64,000 nt of DNA, taken from NCBI GenBank assembly GCA_013265495.1, contig MU058009.1, positions 3,489,780 through 3,553,779 on the forward strand. The letters run 5' to 3'. Of this stretch, positions 1-13,139 are shown piece after piece; within the stretch, counting starts at the first letter, position 1, and every line of letters begins with the position of its first letter. Origin of the DNA: Vicugna vicugna (taxonomy: Eukaryota). A program made the translations under genes and the position numbers. Under the pieces are notes generated by a model. That model was not told where the DNA came from. It saw nothing but the letters and a program-made list of their open reading frames with translations, and did not search any database.

Positions 1-369
1 GTGTGTGTGTGAGCTTGCATGCATTTATTCAGATAGAAACGGTATGTAAACATTTAACAAATGCACAAATGAATGACACCAGCACAGGCCGCGGTGTGTG
101 CTAGAAATGGAATTTACCAAAGCGCTCTGACGGGAGTGGCCAGGGCGGGGGGCACGTGGACCAGGATGGGCAACGGAGCCTCTGTTCTGGGAAAGCGATG
201 TTCGAGCTGAGACGCGAGGTGAGACAGGACCAGCGGGCACCTTTCTGACCCTAATTTCCTGTGATCTTGACTGAGCCCCACGGGGCACCTTAGACGTTCC
301 TTTGGGGTGTAAACGGGATGGTGCAGGAGGAGTTGAAAAGGGACAAATAATATTAATATGAGTCAACAT

Positions 370-555
370 TTTTTAAGCACATATTACCTTCTGGGCAGCT
401 CTTAAGAGCCTTCCTTGTATGAACTCATTTAATCTTCACAGTAACTCCATGAAATAGAATTCTATTATTTCCACTCTGAGAACGATAAAACCAAGGTCTG
501 GGTCACACAGGTAGGAGTTAACAGAGGCAGGCTTCAAACCCAGGCGGTCTGGTAA
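370..555 (-). mobile_element. MIR SINE fragment
   Basis: Reverse MIR core recognisable: 'aactcatttaatcttcacagtaactccatga...ggtcacacag...ggcttcaaacccaggcggtctgg'. Confidence 0.75.
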
Positions 556-1764
556 CTGTATCATTTCGTAAAACATACGGAAACCTCCCTATATGGGCCT
601 CTGTTATTACTCACGCTGCTACAAATGCATTTTTAAAATGCATGTATCTCAATAACACAAATCGAGTCGATTTTAAAATATCTCACAAACTATAGGACGT
701 GTTACCTACAGATCTGACTAAAATTGGAATGGTGGTGAGAGGAACAAAGTGTGAGCTCTAGAGGAGGGATGTGGGGAGGAAAGCATGGGGGATTCACTGT
801 CTGCTCCTGGCCTTGTTTTGCGCCTGCAGGGGCAGGTTAAATATCCGGGCAGGTGAGGAGCCGGCTCTCCAAGGCTGCTCACATCTGGGAGGGGGGCGGT
901 GGCTGTTCTACGAGCAAAGCAGGGAGAAGTCTACTCGGCTGCATGTCTAGGGGGGCAGCCTCAGGACCACTCTTTTGGATCCAATTTCTCCAGCTGCCTC
1001 TGAGCTCTGAAGGAGGCTTTCGTCCACCTATCCCCCAAATCCTCTCCCACGTCTACTGAGAGCCTTCCCTCCTCACTGCTGCACACGCTAATCTCAGCCT
1101 GAGGACAGCTGGTGCCCCACGTGAGTCTGTATTTCCTGTGAGAGGCAACGCTGTTAAGAGCTGACACTTGAGTCCTCTGCCTGAGTGCTTTGTAACTGAG
1201 CCCCACCTGCGCTGCCAAGACCTGGTTTGTGTTGGTGAGGACGTCGCGTCGTGCGGTCAGGGGGCACGTGGGGGCTTGGTCTTGACGTTCTCCTTCCAGA
1301 AACTTCTCCTTCTCTTCAGCAGGACCTTTTAAGTTTGTCCCGTTTTCTCGGGGTGGATTTCAAATCTGGTTTTTGGGTGGTCGGTTTGTTTTTTAAGCCA
1401 GCAGATAAGGTTCTGGAGAAACCAAAGTAGAAGACAGTCTGAACATGAGAGTCTAGGAAATAAGTACTTTTCCTAATGTCACAGGCAATGGGTGATGAAG
1501 TAGGTGTATCCGTTTGAAAAGGAAGGTTAAGTCAGACTCAGCATGGTGGAGGCTTTTGAGCTGCAGTCTCAGTTCGTTTTGACAAACCACCTTACATTTC
1601 CCATCAGCAGTGGCAATAAGGATTCCAAAATTCTGATTTGTCATAGAGTCACGCCTCCTTCTTAGAGGGTGCATGCATTGGGCAGACACAGCCTGAACCT
1701 GGACATTTTAATCCTATTCTGCTTAGAAACACAAGCTCAGCATCACGAAAGGGTGGGAGTTCGT

Positions 1765-1890
1765 CATCGAGCAACCAACATTCTGAGAGCACCTACTATG
1801 TGCAGGATGCAGGCAGCGTGCTGGGTACCAGAGAGACACAGCAAACACAGGAGACGCTGAGCTCGCCCCAGGGAGCTGGCCACTTAGTTG
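1765..1890 (-). mobile_element. L2 LINE 3' end fragment
   Basis: 'caacattctgagagcacctactatgtgcagg...gtgctgggtaccagagagacacagcaaacacag' matches the reverse L2 3' terminus. Confidence 0.65.
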
Positions 1891-4800
1891 CAATGATGCT
1901 GGGAGGGACGTGACATGGTACGTACAGAATTTAGTCTGCAGACACATAACCATGATGGAGCCTATGCTGTTAACCATGGATATGAAGAGCCTTTATGATG
2001 AAAGAGCTTAAGACGCGCCGTTCCACTGCCGCGTGCTACGTATGTGCAGTTGACGGTGGGGTAATGGTGGCGACAACAACGCGCCATGTGTACATCAAGA
2101 TTGCTTTGCAACAAAAGAAAAAAGGATGGCTTTCTCATACGAACCTAGTAGATGAAAATTTTAGCTATAAACTCTCTCTTCTTCTCCTTATCCCAGAACA
2201 CCCAGTTTCCTGATACCTATGACCTTTCGCATCAAAATTTAGGCAACAGCTTCCTATGAGCATTGGCCTTGGGAGAGTGTGGACAAGTATTAAAACAAAG
2301 GAGCCCATTGTCTTATTAAATACGTCACTTAATGTGCGGCAGAAACAGTAGTGCTGGAAGTGAAAACTTGATTTGCAAGTGCTGGGCTCTGGGCGAGAAG
2401 AAGTGTCAGGACATAAAATGTACCCCACAGCAAAGACTGGCCGGAAAAGCATATGGCGGTGTAAAAGTTAGATTCCACACGACCGGAGCAGGTGACCAGA
2501 ACCCTTTCTGGTTCCAGTGGCTTCTAGAGGGATGCGGACGTGGACGTGGAGACCATATGAATGTTACGGGCCCAGGCATGGGAGCCCCCTCCACGCCGGC
2601 CCAGAGCTGATGGTGGGCGGACGGGTGGCAGATGAGCACCCCAGGTGAGTCAGATACGAGGAGAAAGGGGAGGCTTATGCAGTTCCCCCTGGGTGCGGAT
2701 TCACTGTGCGCAGTGGGGGCCTCAGCTGTGGGGCCATCCAAGGGGAGGAGGGGCCTGGGGGGCAGTTCACAGAACCCTGGACCCCGTGTGGTCCCGGGGG
2801 GCAGCTGTGAGGTCCTGAGCCCCCAGGGAGGTGCTGAAAGAGGAGAGAGTAGCATATACAGGACTGAGATGGCCTGTGCTTGGGACAAAGGTGATGCCGA
2901 AAGGACAAGCTGGATGGTGGGCATCAGCAGAGGACACCTGGGAAATGACGAGGACTGGAGGAAGCAAGCTGCATCCCGGAGGGACCAGGCGAAGGCAGAG
3001 GATGGGAGCAGACCGGTGACAACACCCTCAGCACGCCAGCGTCCCTCCTCCCTTCCCCTTGACCAGGTCCAGGTCGGTCCGGGAGGGGGCTGTGGACTGG
3101 GAGTAATTAGCCAAAACACATTGTTTTAAGCTAGAGGCAGCAGACCCGCTTGAATGGTCCAGGCCAAGGTGTCCACAACAGGGTGCAAACGAGGACCCAG
3201 GAAGGCTCAGTCCTGGAGCGATGCTGGCGCTGCGTCCCAGCACAGGTGGATTTGTGGCAGACAAGCCCGTGACAGCCAACGTGATCCCTGTTCCCTCTGC
3301 AGCGCGGTTACTGTTTTGTTACAGTTGCATCCGAGTGTCGGGTGAGATGAAACCCGAAGGTGACGTGTTGGCAGCAGGAGCTACCATCGCTTACTTTGTA
3401 GGTGAACGACAGACAGGGTCTCTAAACAGTTACCGTGGGGGAGAGACGACGCCTCCGCCACGTACACGCTCAGTCCCGGGTGCGGCTGCTGTTCGCAGCG
3501 CGGAAACGCAGCCCGGCGCTGGCCGGGCTAAGTCCGAGCGCTTTGTGGGTGAGCTGGAGGTTTCAGTGAGTGCAGAGTTACCCTGGACCGTCTGACAAGC
3601 TGATGCCTCGCATGCGTACGCCGCTAATGTGCCCAGATCAATGGAAATATGGATGCCCCAGGATGCAGTGGGCAAGAAAAGCGGGACAATCTGACAGCCC
3701 CTCGCTGAGTGCAGCCCTGACGGGAAGCCTTTTCTTTACAGAAAAGGAATCAGCAGCTTGGAAGGGCTGCCGCTTGTGACATGTTCCCTTGACAGACTGA
3801 AGCCTGTTTGTCATCTGGGCTGTCACCCTTCAGGGTTTTAAATAGGAGGCTCCATAGGAAAGTTACATCACCCGCTGGCTCACAGCAGCCGCGGCGGAAC
3901 GGAACGGGGGGCAGTGCGGAGGAGAAGCCGCCGTGAGGTGGAGGACGCGGCCCCGCTGGTCCGCCCCGTGATGGATTCTGGGCCTTCTGTCTCGTCATGC
4001 TCGAGCACACGACACGGGGGTGGGGACGCTGGCATTGAAGGGCTCTGTCAGTCAGGAGGCGAAAGCTAATCCTGGAACAGTTGGGGGCAGAGCAGGAGAG
4101 AGAGAAGCAGGTTGTCCGCGGGGGCTGAGCCCTTGAGACGTGGAAATAGAGGGACCTCCTCCCCACCCTGTCCCCGACCTGCCTGATGCATGCAGCCCCT
4201 CCCCTTCACCCCCTGCCAGCTGAGACCGAGAGTCGAACTCAGCCCCCCTCTTCTGGGAAGGGATGCGGGTTCAGCCTCACAAGACTATCATCTGAGATGT
4301 GACAGTCACATGTCTGAGGTCACGTGAGGGTATGCGCTCTCTATAGCTGTCTTCTGGGCACCGCGTTGCTGGTTTAATTTGTACACTTTCCCAAGGAGGG
4401 TGACGTCCTTCACTGATCCGTCCAGCAGGGAGAAGCTACGTCAAGCAGAGGCCAGTCAGAGACCAGTCAGTCGAGGAAAGCCTCGCTCCGTGCAGGGGGT
4501 GCCGTCCCAAGAATTTACACGCACAGTCTGGTGATGAGCTTAATTTTAGAGCCCCTTGAGGAGCTGGCTATTGTAGAGTTCTGATGTCAGAGTGAAGAAT
4601 TCTGCGGAGATGGGATGACTCACTGTTCTCCCTAATTTATCTGTTCTGTCAGTCTGAATGTTGCATACTGAGTTTTTCTTACTTCACTTACAGTACCCAC
4701 ATACTGCTGAGGCATCCAACGGCTTGAGGCAGAAAGAGACATTTTGGATGTAAGTTTTCACATCATCATTATTATTTAACTAAAAAGAAGTGCCTTGTTG

Positions 4801-5699
4801 ATAGTTAACGGGCTGTCCTAAAGTGCATGGAGTTTTCATACGCTCGTGGTGGCCACCTTGCGTCGGGGAGGGGGCGGTGACAGCATTATCAGCATGACGG
4901 GTTGCACGTGGTGCCCACCATCAGTAGCTGCAAATGCACGTGAGACGATTGCTGGGACGCCACGCTGGGGTGCAGTGTGGCGGCAGCTCGACCAGTAGGA
5001 GAGCAGGCGCTGCTGGCCATCCCCAGCCATGACACACTCTTCACAGAGCGTCAGTGACCACTTCCCGTGTTTAATCCCTAGTCCCTGACTGGCCTCGGGT
5101 CCCTTCTTTTTCCAGCGCAGAGTCTGAGGACCAGGCGCACGACGTGGCTCGCCTGAGTCACACAGCAAGCTAGGGGCACAGCTGGAGACGATATGCAGGC
5201 GGCCTGACGCCTGCAAGGGTTTGCTTTCTCTGTGCCACAGCACCGTTTTACTTAGCGTTGCTTTGAGAAGTAAATGGTGTGAGCCAAGTAAACCTGGAGC
5301 CCCGGGAAGATGATGGCTGTGGCTGCTGCCCTAAGAGATAAGCTAGTTAACAATCAGCACCTGCCAGACTGAGGGTGATGAAGGAAGAAGCACAAAGGTG
5401 ATTAAGACATGATTCCTTCGCTTGAGAGACAGACACTTGTAGGTACCTGAGATACAAGCCGGACCACGATGGATGCTCAAATAGGAGCCACAATCGGAGG
5501 GCATGGGGACGGGGGGACGGAGTCAAGCGAACGCGGACTGGACGCCTGAGAAGACTTTGAGGGCAGAATTTTAATAAAGCCTTGGGGTTGGCCAGGACTT
5601 TCACAGACACGAAAGGGCACAGATAAGTGAAGAGGCCAAGGCCCTTCAGGGGAGGCTTACGCAGGAACGGGGACGCCTGGCCCTGCCACTGGTATTATT

Positions 5700-6730
5700 C
5701 TGAGGCAATGAGGGACCAGGGGATCTTTTGAGCAGTATTGACAGCAAGGTTTTTCTGGCATTCTGGAAGCCAGACTGTAAAGGAATTTATAGAAGAGAGG
5801 ATTCCATTATGGAGTTGCTGCAATTGTTGAAGCAGAAGATAGTAAGAACCCGGACCAGCTCAGAGACAGCACGGCTGAAAGCGGGCGGGGGTGCGAGGGG
5901 TGTAGTTAAGTCAGAATCATGGCGTTTGACAAGGAACGAGGCGCAGAAGAGAGGCTAGCCCTTGGGTGAGGAGGAGGATGGTAATCACACTGACTCGTGT
6001 GCAGAGCCTTGGAAGTGCAGCTTTGAGGGGAAGGTGACGATATCCTTGGAGGAGGTGGGGCTGGTGAATTTCAAGATGAGAGACGCTCTTCATAACTTAA
6101 AAGAGAGCCAGAACTCACAAGGTTCCTTTGCACATTGAAGATTGCCCCTAGTTAACCCTGTTATCCCGTGGGTTCAGAGCTAGCGAGTAATTAGCTCTTT
6201 CTGTTACCAGAGGAGTGTTTTCTGACTTTTTTCTCTCTGTACAACAGGGTTCTTTTCTCCAGTGGTCATGGACATCAGAGACTTCCTTTGGGACTAGAAG
6301 GCATTCTGGCATTTCTACAGTATTTTACAGTATCAATGGTGGGTGTAAACGGATGAGTAACACTAACAGTCATACTGAAATGTGACTGGCAATGAATATG
6401 AAATACGGAATTTGGTAAAGAAGTCAGCCAGACTAAGGTGGAGAACTCATACCAGGCAGTCAAAAGCACGTTTTCAAACTAGAGAGTGGTAGATGATGGA
6501 GGAATGTCCAAGTTAAGAAGGAAAACGTGGATATGATAAGGCTGAAAATAGAAAATCATTATATTCCTGGGGAAATTACATAATGCAAAGAAGTCTCTGA
6601 TGAGGTTTGTTCAGCATAAAAATTCTTGGTGAATTAAAATTGGGGAGATGCTCAAGTCAGGGAGACCTGTAAGGTTACTGCAATAGAGTAGAGAACTTGA
6701 AGAGTGTCGTAGCTAGTACGAGGAAACTCA
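5700..6730 (-). mobile_element. Degraded L2 LINE fragments (patchy)
   Basis: Purine-rich L2-like phrases, e.g. 'gggagacctgtaaggttactgcaatag' near 6660 and 'ggaggaggtggggctggtgaatttcaagatgag' near 6050. The sequence between them is uncertain. Confidence 0.4.
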
Positions 6731-6859
6731 ACGTGTTCCTGTCAAGATTATCAAAAACCTCCAGTAAACAATATGATAGTCATTCACGGTCTTCATTTTA
6801 TTTACTCTTTTAACATTTTGGATACTACCATCACTCCCTTACTTTTGGAAGTCATCTTT

Positions 6860-7174
6860 TAAGAAATATTTTAATTCAAGTATAATCTATATAAAGAGAA
6901 GTGCACAAATCAAACATGTACGTATAAATTAGTTTTCATGAAGTCAAAACTCGCATGGAACCACCATCCAGAGGAAGAAATAAGACATGAACCAAGACCA
7001 CGCCCCTTCCTGTGTGCCCATCTGATCACCAGGGCTAATCTCTATCCTGAGCTCTACCACCATCAGTTAACTTCGCTTGTCTGGGTACCCTATGTAAATG
7101 GAATCATATATTGTGCATTCTTTTGTATCTGACTTCCAGTGTTCAATTATATGTCTGTAGGATGCACTCATGTT
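6860..7174 (-). mobile_element. Old L1 (L1M-type) 3' region, left part
   Basis: 'ttaattcaagtataatc...gtgcacaaatc...aactcgcatggaaccaccatccag...tatgtaaatggaatcata' is typical of a reverse L1M 3' UTR. Confidence 0.75.
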
Positions 7175-7649
7175 AAAGAAGATGTGGTGTATATATAATA
7201 AATACTACTCAGCCATAAAGAAGAAAGAAATGCCATCCACAGCAGCATGGATGCACCGAGAGATTATCATATTAAGTGAAGTAAGTCGGACAGAGACAAA
7301 TATATTATATCACTTCTGTATGGAATCTAAAAAATGATACAAATTCCATTTACAAATTAAAAACAAACTCATGGACATAGAAAAAAAAAACTGGTTACCA
7401 GGGGAGAAAGGGGCAGGGAGGGATAGATTAGGAGTTTGGAATTAACAGATATACATTGCTATATAAAAATAGATAAACAGCAGAGACCTACATATAGCAC
7501 AGGGAAATATATTCAGTCTCTTGTAATGAGCCATAATGGAAAAGAAACTGAAAATATATGTATGTGTATATATGTATAACTGAATTGCTTTGCTGTACAC
7601 CTGAAACTAACATTGTAAATCAACTGCACTTCAAGTAAAAATAAAAATT
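7175..7649 (+). mobile_element. Younger cetartiodactyl L1 3' end inserted inside the older L1
   Basis: 'aaagaagatgtggtgtatata...tactactcagccataaag...ggaatctaaaaaatgatacaaat...ctgtacacctgaaactaacattgtaaatcaactgcacttcaagtaaaaataaaaa' is a classic artiodactyl L1 3' UTR with an A-rich tail. The older L1 resumes directly after it. Confidence 0.9.
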
Positions 7650-9950
7650 GTTCATTCTCATCTCTGTGTAGTATTCTATCCCATAGATACATCATAGTCT
7701 AAACATTGTAGTGTTCATAGATATTTGAGTTATTTCCAGTTTGCATCTAAAATAAATCGGGCTGCTATGAAAACCCTCATGCGTGTATTTTGGGGTATAC
7801 ATGTACACACTTCTATTGGATATTTACCTAGGAGTGGGATTTCTAGGTCATATATTCACCTTCAGGAAATACTGCAGAAGAGCTGTTATACCAGTTACAC
7901 TCCCACGAGTGGCGTCTGCCAGCTCATTTCTCTGTCTCATCAACAACACTTGGTATTATTGGTCTTCTCAACGCAAGAGCCATGAGGTGATATTTTAGCA
8001 TCTTGGTATTCAGGTTTCTCTGATGGCTAGATAAATTTCTTATGTGATTATTGCCACTTAGATATCATATTTTGTGAAATTTCTCTTCAAATCTTTTGCT
8101 TATTTTTAACTGAGGGTTTGTTGTTTTTCTTACTGATTTAAAGTTATTATTTATGTATTCTATATGTGAGTCCATTCTTGTTTCAATTACATATATTGCA
8201 AATATCCTCTTCTGCTCTATGGCTTAAGTTTTTACTTTCTTAGATGTGGAAACTGAGATTCTTAATTTTAACAAAGCCCACTTCATCAATCTTTTTCTCT
8301 TCATTAGTATCATTTATGTCTCTGCCTAATCAAGGTAATGTGGATAGTGTTCTTTTTATCTTCTAGAATCTTTGTTTTTATTTTAATCAGAGACTGAAAT
8401 ACATCTGAAATTTGCTTTTGAATATGGTGTGACCTAGGGAGTAAAAATTCATTTTTTCCCACATTGATATTAAATTTATTCAATGTCATTTATTGGAAAG
8501 GTTATCCTTTCTTCACACCACCACAGTACTACTTTTTGTAAACCAAATGGAAGTATGAAGACTTCTTTCTGGGTTCTCTAAAGTTCCTGCACAATATCAC
8601 ACTTTCTTAATTAGCATAGTTTAAAGCTCTGTAATGAGTCATTGTGTCCAGTAATTCAAGTCCCCCAACTTCTTGCTTTTTTCGGATGGCCTTGGTTATT
8701 TTCACTCTGTCACATTTTGATAATCAATTGGTCAATTTCCCTCCCCAAAATACTGCTGGGATCTTGATTTGGATCGCCTGGAATCTATGCATCAATTAGA
8801 AATGAATTAGCATATTCACAATATTGAGTCATTGAATCACCGATCTATAAACATGGCAAATTTCTTCATTTATTTAGAATTTCTTTAATTTCCTTTAATA
8901 ATGATTTGTAGTTTTCTGTGTATAAATGCACATTTTTGCTAAATTATTCCTCAGTGTTTGATGTTATACAAAGTTGTAAATGATATGTTTTGTATTTTAA
9001 TAATCTCATTGTTTGTTGATGGTACACAGAAATATGATTGATTTTTGTATAATTAACCTTATGTCCAATGACCTAGCTAAATCTGCGTGTTAATTGTAGC
9101 AGTTGTTTCTCCATAGATTATTTAACGTTTTCTAGGCTCACCATCATGCCATCTGTGAATAATAAAGGTTTTATTTTTTTATTTCCAATCACGATAGCCC
9201 CCTTTTTCTTGCCTTATTGCACAGGCTATGACCGCCATTATAATGTTGAACAAAAGTGATGATAGTGCTTGTCCTTGTCGTGTCCTTGGTCCCAAATAAA
9301 AGTCTTCAAAATTTCATTAAATGTTATTGCCATAGTTTTATTGTTGATGATTTTTATCAAATTAAGAAATCTCCCTATGATTTCTGTTTTGATAAGGTTT
9401 TTAAAATTTTTTATATCACACATGGTTGTTGAATGTCATCAACTTTCTGCATCAGATGTTCCACATCTAATGAAATGATAATAGATATTTTTCATTCAGC
9501 TTACATATGTGCTGAATTATATTGATTATTTTATTTTGAATTTTTGAAACTGATTGTTAAAAAGGTGGCTTTACTTTTCATTTTTTTTAATAATGTTTTT
9601 GTCACATTTGGGTAGAAAGTTATGTTGGCCTCATGAAGCTAGTTAGATCCAATCTGCTGTGAAATTCATCTATTGGACTTATAATTTCAGGACTTTGTTT
9701 TTCTGGTTCAAGACTTTCTGTTTGGTATGTTTATATAGGTTGCATTTTCTGGCGAAATTCTCTATCCTGTCACCATTTCCTTGAACGTATTAATTATTTA
9801 AAGTTCATTTCTGAAAACCCAAGTCAGTATCATCTGTGACTACTTCCTCCTGTTTCTGTTCCTGTTGGTTTGTCTTCTAATGTGTCTGGTAATATATGTT
9901 TTTAACTCTAGACCTTGAGTATGAAGAATTGAGGCTCTGAATGATGCCAC
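7650..9950 (-). mobile_element. Old L1 (L1M-type) 3' UTR and ORF2 remnant, right part
   Basis: T-rich reverse L1 sequence. ORF 9238..9423(-) 'EIIGRFLNLIKIINNKTMAITFNEILKTFIWDQGHDKDKHYHHFCSTL' resembles frameshifted L1 ORF2 RT. Confidence 0.85.
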
Positions 9951-12060
9951 CTTTCTGCAGAAGAGTTCACCTTACTCTCTGGCAGCCAACTTGAGTGGAA
10001 ACAGATCACACTGATGCTATGAGAGAGTGAGGGAATGAAAAGCAGGGTTTCAGACTGCAAAGCTACTTTCCGAGATTTCTCACTCCTGGGGTATACCCTT
10101 CAAAGGTGCTGACCAAGACATGAATGTAGGCCCCTAAAACATTTATTGAATGAATAAATAAGGCTATGAACATTGGGATTAGAGGGGAAGAGCAACTGTA
10201 ATGGGCAATTCAGAAACAGAAATATTTCTAAATAATGAATTGGACTCTCAGCTGTGTATCACGGTACTGCTGACAGCAGAGTCAGTCACTGAGCGCACGC
10301 TTGAGGTATTTGGAATGGAGACACGTAGAGGGAGAAGGCCGGGCAGGTCACGAGTTCTACTTTAAGTTGGATAATGTCGGGTGATATGAGATGATCCAAG
10401 GGCAGACTTACGTAGACAGTTAAGAATATGGGACATGGGCTGAGAGGTCCGAGCTTCAGGAGGGAAAAGGCGTCAGAGCTACTTTCCAGCCCCCAGGTTC
10501 CGTACGGAATGTGCAAATTTCATACGATTGTATAGATTTGACGGCTGTTTAGAATGGCATTTACGGACATAGCAAGAGAAATTTGGACCGAATGAGAAAA
10601 AGAACTAGAACTCAAAAGTGATGCCTTCTGAAAAGCCCATCTATGAACTGAGCTCTCTCCTAAGTTCAAAGAGATTTTGGATGAACGAGCAGAAGATAGT
10701 TGTTCATTTTTCTGGGAGGAAACCCGCAAGGGGATATCTTTTCTACTTGTTTTCCTTGTAATCTCAGGACTGCTAAGCACGGTAAGAGGGAACGCATTCC
10801 TTCATGAAAGAAATAATCTTCATTGGTTCTTTAATACTCCCTATAAAGGCTTCTGACAATTTTTATGGTCTTTCACTGGTTAACCTGTTCCCTATCAGTA
10901 AAGCTGTTCATTATTTTGTCTTCCTGCGTATCTACATATTGATAAAATACATAATTCGGGACCAGAGTAGGGAGTTTAGCTGCAAGATTCACCTGCACTG
11001 CCTAGTGGACATTCTGTTGAGAGTTACCAAAGCACATAGATCTATTTCGGAGACCACAACTTTCTGTTGCAGGTCTGTGTATATTCCCGGGGAGAAATCT
11101 TCTAGACAGTCTCAGTGATGGCTCAGGATCGCATTTCTCTTTCTGAGAGTTTGCTAGATCAGGGATCCACGTATTTGTGTTTTCAGCTGAGCTTCCAGCG
11201 TGAACTGTCACGCTGGTTCCAGGGTCCTGTTAGTATCCTGGATTCTGCAACAGATGTTTCTAGGTCTCATGAAAATATTGAACAAACATCAAGGAAAGAT
11301 GTTTTACAACCCGAAGCTAATGCAGAGGGTCGTTAACATTGTTATTACAGACAATCCGAATGATTTAGCCAAGACCTTTGACAAGGGGATAGACCTGTCT
11401 GTGAATAGCAGGCTGTTTATTGCCCATGCTGTTAATTAGATGGAGGGTAAGGATGGGGATGGGAGGGAGTGTCTGCTCCAAAGAGTTTTAGGTGGTGAGA
11501 GGATGAGCTAACAGATCACAATGACTCCATCGTAGCTGGCCAATTCAGTGCCCAGGTCAGGCTGTGGGGACGGGACAGCGAAAGACTGCCCTCAGGTCGT
11601 CTGATTGCTTTACCTCCAAACTGGAATTGCATCTTCTCCCCGAGTTCTCCTTCATGTAAACTCTAGGAAAAACATGTATCATTTTTACTGTTGTTGACAC
11701 AGCCTTGCCATGATTTTAGGCATCTGAGCTTGATGAAAATCTCTGCCTCTCTCTATTTGACCATCACCATCACTGAGTTATTTCTTCCTGATGGTACTGG
11801 ATGGTGTAACTGTTACAGGAGTAACTGGAGTCTTGAGTTGAACTGCACTTTGGTAAAATGAGTGAGAAATTCTGGGTGATTACTATACAGTAGTTTTTTA
11901 TTAAAAAGTAAAAGCATACTTATTTAGAAAAATTTAAAACAACTAACCTCCCTTAATGAACAACTTTGGGAACAAATCAAATAATACCAAAATGCTTGAT
12001 AAATGACCAAGAAAAAGAAAAAGATGCACACATAGGCACACAAGAGTCAGGCATTGTTTT

Positions 12061-12226
12061 TCTTTCTTTCTTTTTTAAATTTTTTTTTTTTGAGGTACAG
12101 TCAGTGACAGTGTGTCAGTTTCTGGCGTACAGCACAATGTCCCAGTCATACACATATATACACGTATTTGTTTTCATATTCTTTTTCATTAAAGGTTATT
12201 ACAAGATACTGAATACAGTTCTTTCT
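12061..12226 (-). mobile_element. Short L1 3' tail (camelid/artiodactyl type)
   Basis: Poly-T followed by 'gaggtacagtcag...gtttctggcgtacagcacaatg...gttattacaagatactgaatacagttc'. Confidence 0.85.
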
Positions 12227-12764
12227 TAGTGAACTTGTAACCCATTTATCTGTCTTTTAAGCCTGTTCACAGCTCAGCTTTATATAAAGCCACTGACATC
12301 CTCTGTAACAGTGTAGCAAGTTTCCATTGTCCCTTGTTCCGTCTCTTGAACGCCTCACAGCTGGGATGCTGAGTCACTGTCCTTGTCTCTTTTTCTTTCT
12401 GCCTGTGCAGTTTCTCCATTCTTAAAGCACTGTAGCTCATTCTTGAGCCTGGCTCCCCATTTCTTGGTGGTTGGACGATGACAAATGTCAGTGGTAATCT
12501 ACAAGTTCACAACACTGTTTGAATTCTTCTTATCGCATGTCAGATCCATTTCCTAATGCTTTAAGTGCATGATCTAATACTCATAGGAATTCAGTTCCCA
12601 GTTTTTGGAGGAAGATACTCAGGCTCACAGAGATCAGATAACTGGCTGTCCCCCCCTGGAGTGAATGGCACAGCTGAGGTTGAGCACACCTTATTTTTCT
12701 CTGAATTCCCCAACGCTGCTGTAAGCCCTTCAGCTCTGATGTGCCTGCAAACCACCAGTGATTT

Positions 12765-12842
12765 TTGTTGCGGTGCAGATTCTGATGCTGGGGTCTGGGA
12801 GGGGGCGGGCTAGGATTCTGCATTTTTACCAAGCTCCCTGGG
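12765..12842. mobile_element. MER5A-like hAT-Charlie DNA transposon fragment
   Basis: 'gcagattctgatgctggggtctggg...ggattctgcatttttaccaagctccctggg' matches the MER5A core. Confidence 0.65.
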
Positions 12843-13139
12843 GAGGGGCTGTAGCGGGTCCCGCATCGCCTTGGAGTGATAAGGCCAAGACAGAATTCCT
12901 TTTTCCTTGAGCAAGAGGCTGGGTAGGGTACTTGGAGGATATCCTCACATCATCTAAAATCTGAAAGTGTCTCCTCGACTCCATCCCGTTGCATTTTCTG
13001 AGTCCCAAAGGGGAAATAAATTCAGTCTCCTTTCTCTCTGCCTCCATTTCAACAGACAGTCCCTGTGGACTTTCTCTGTGGCAGAGGGTCTAGTGCAGGC
13101 CGCTGCTCCTCTGTTTCTCAGCAAACACCCCCGGATGAT

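Noticed and set aside
2406-3129. Overlapping 237-aa (-) and 165-aa (+) ORFs
   Set aside because: Several frames are open on both strands because of G/C skew, and no protein family is recognisable.
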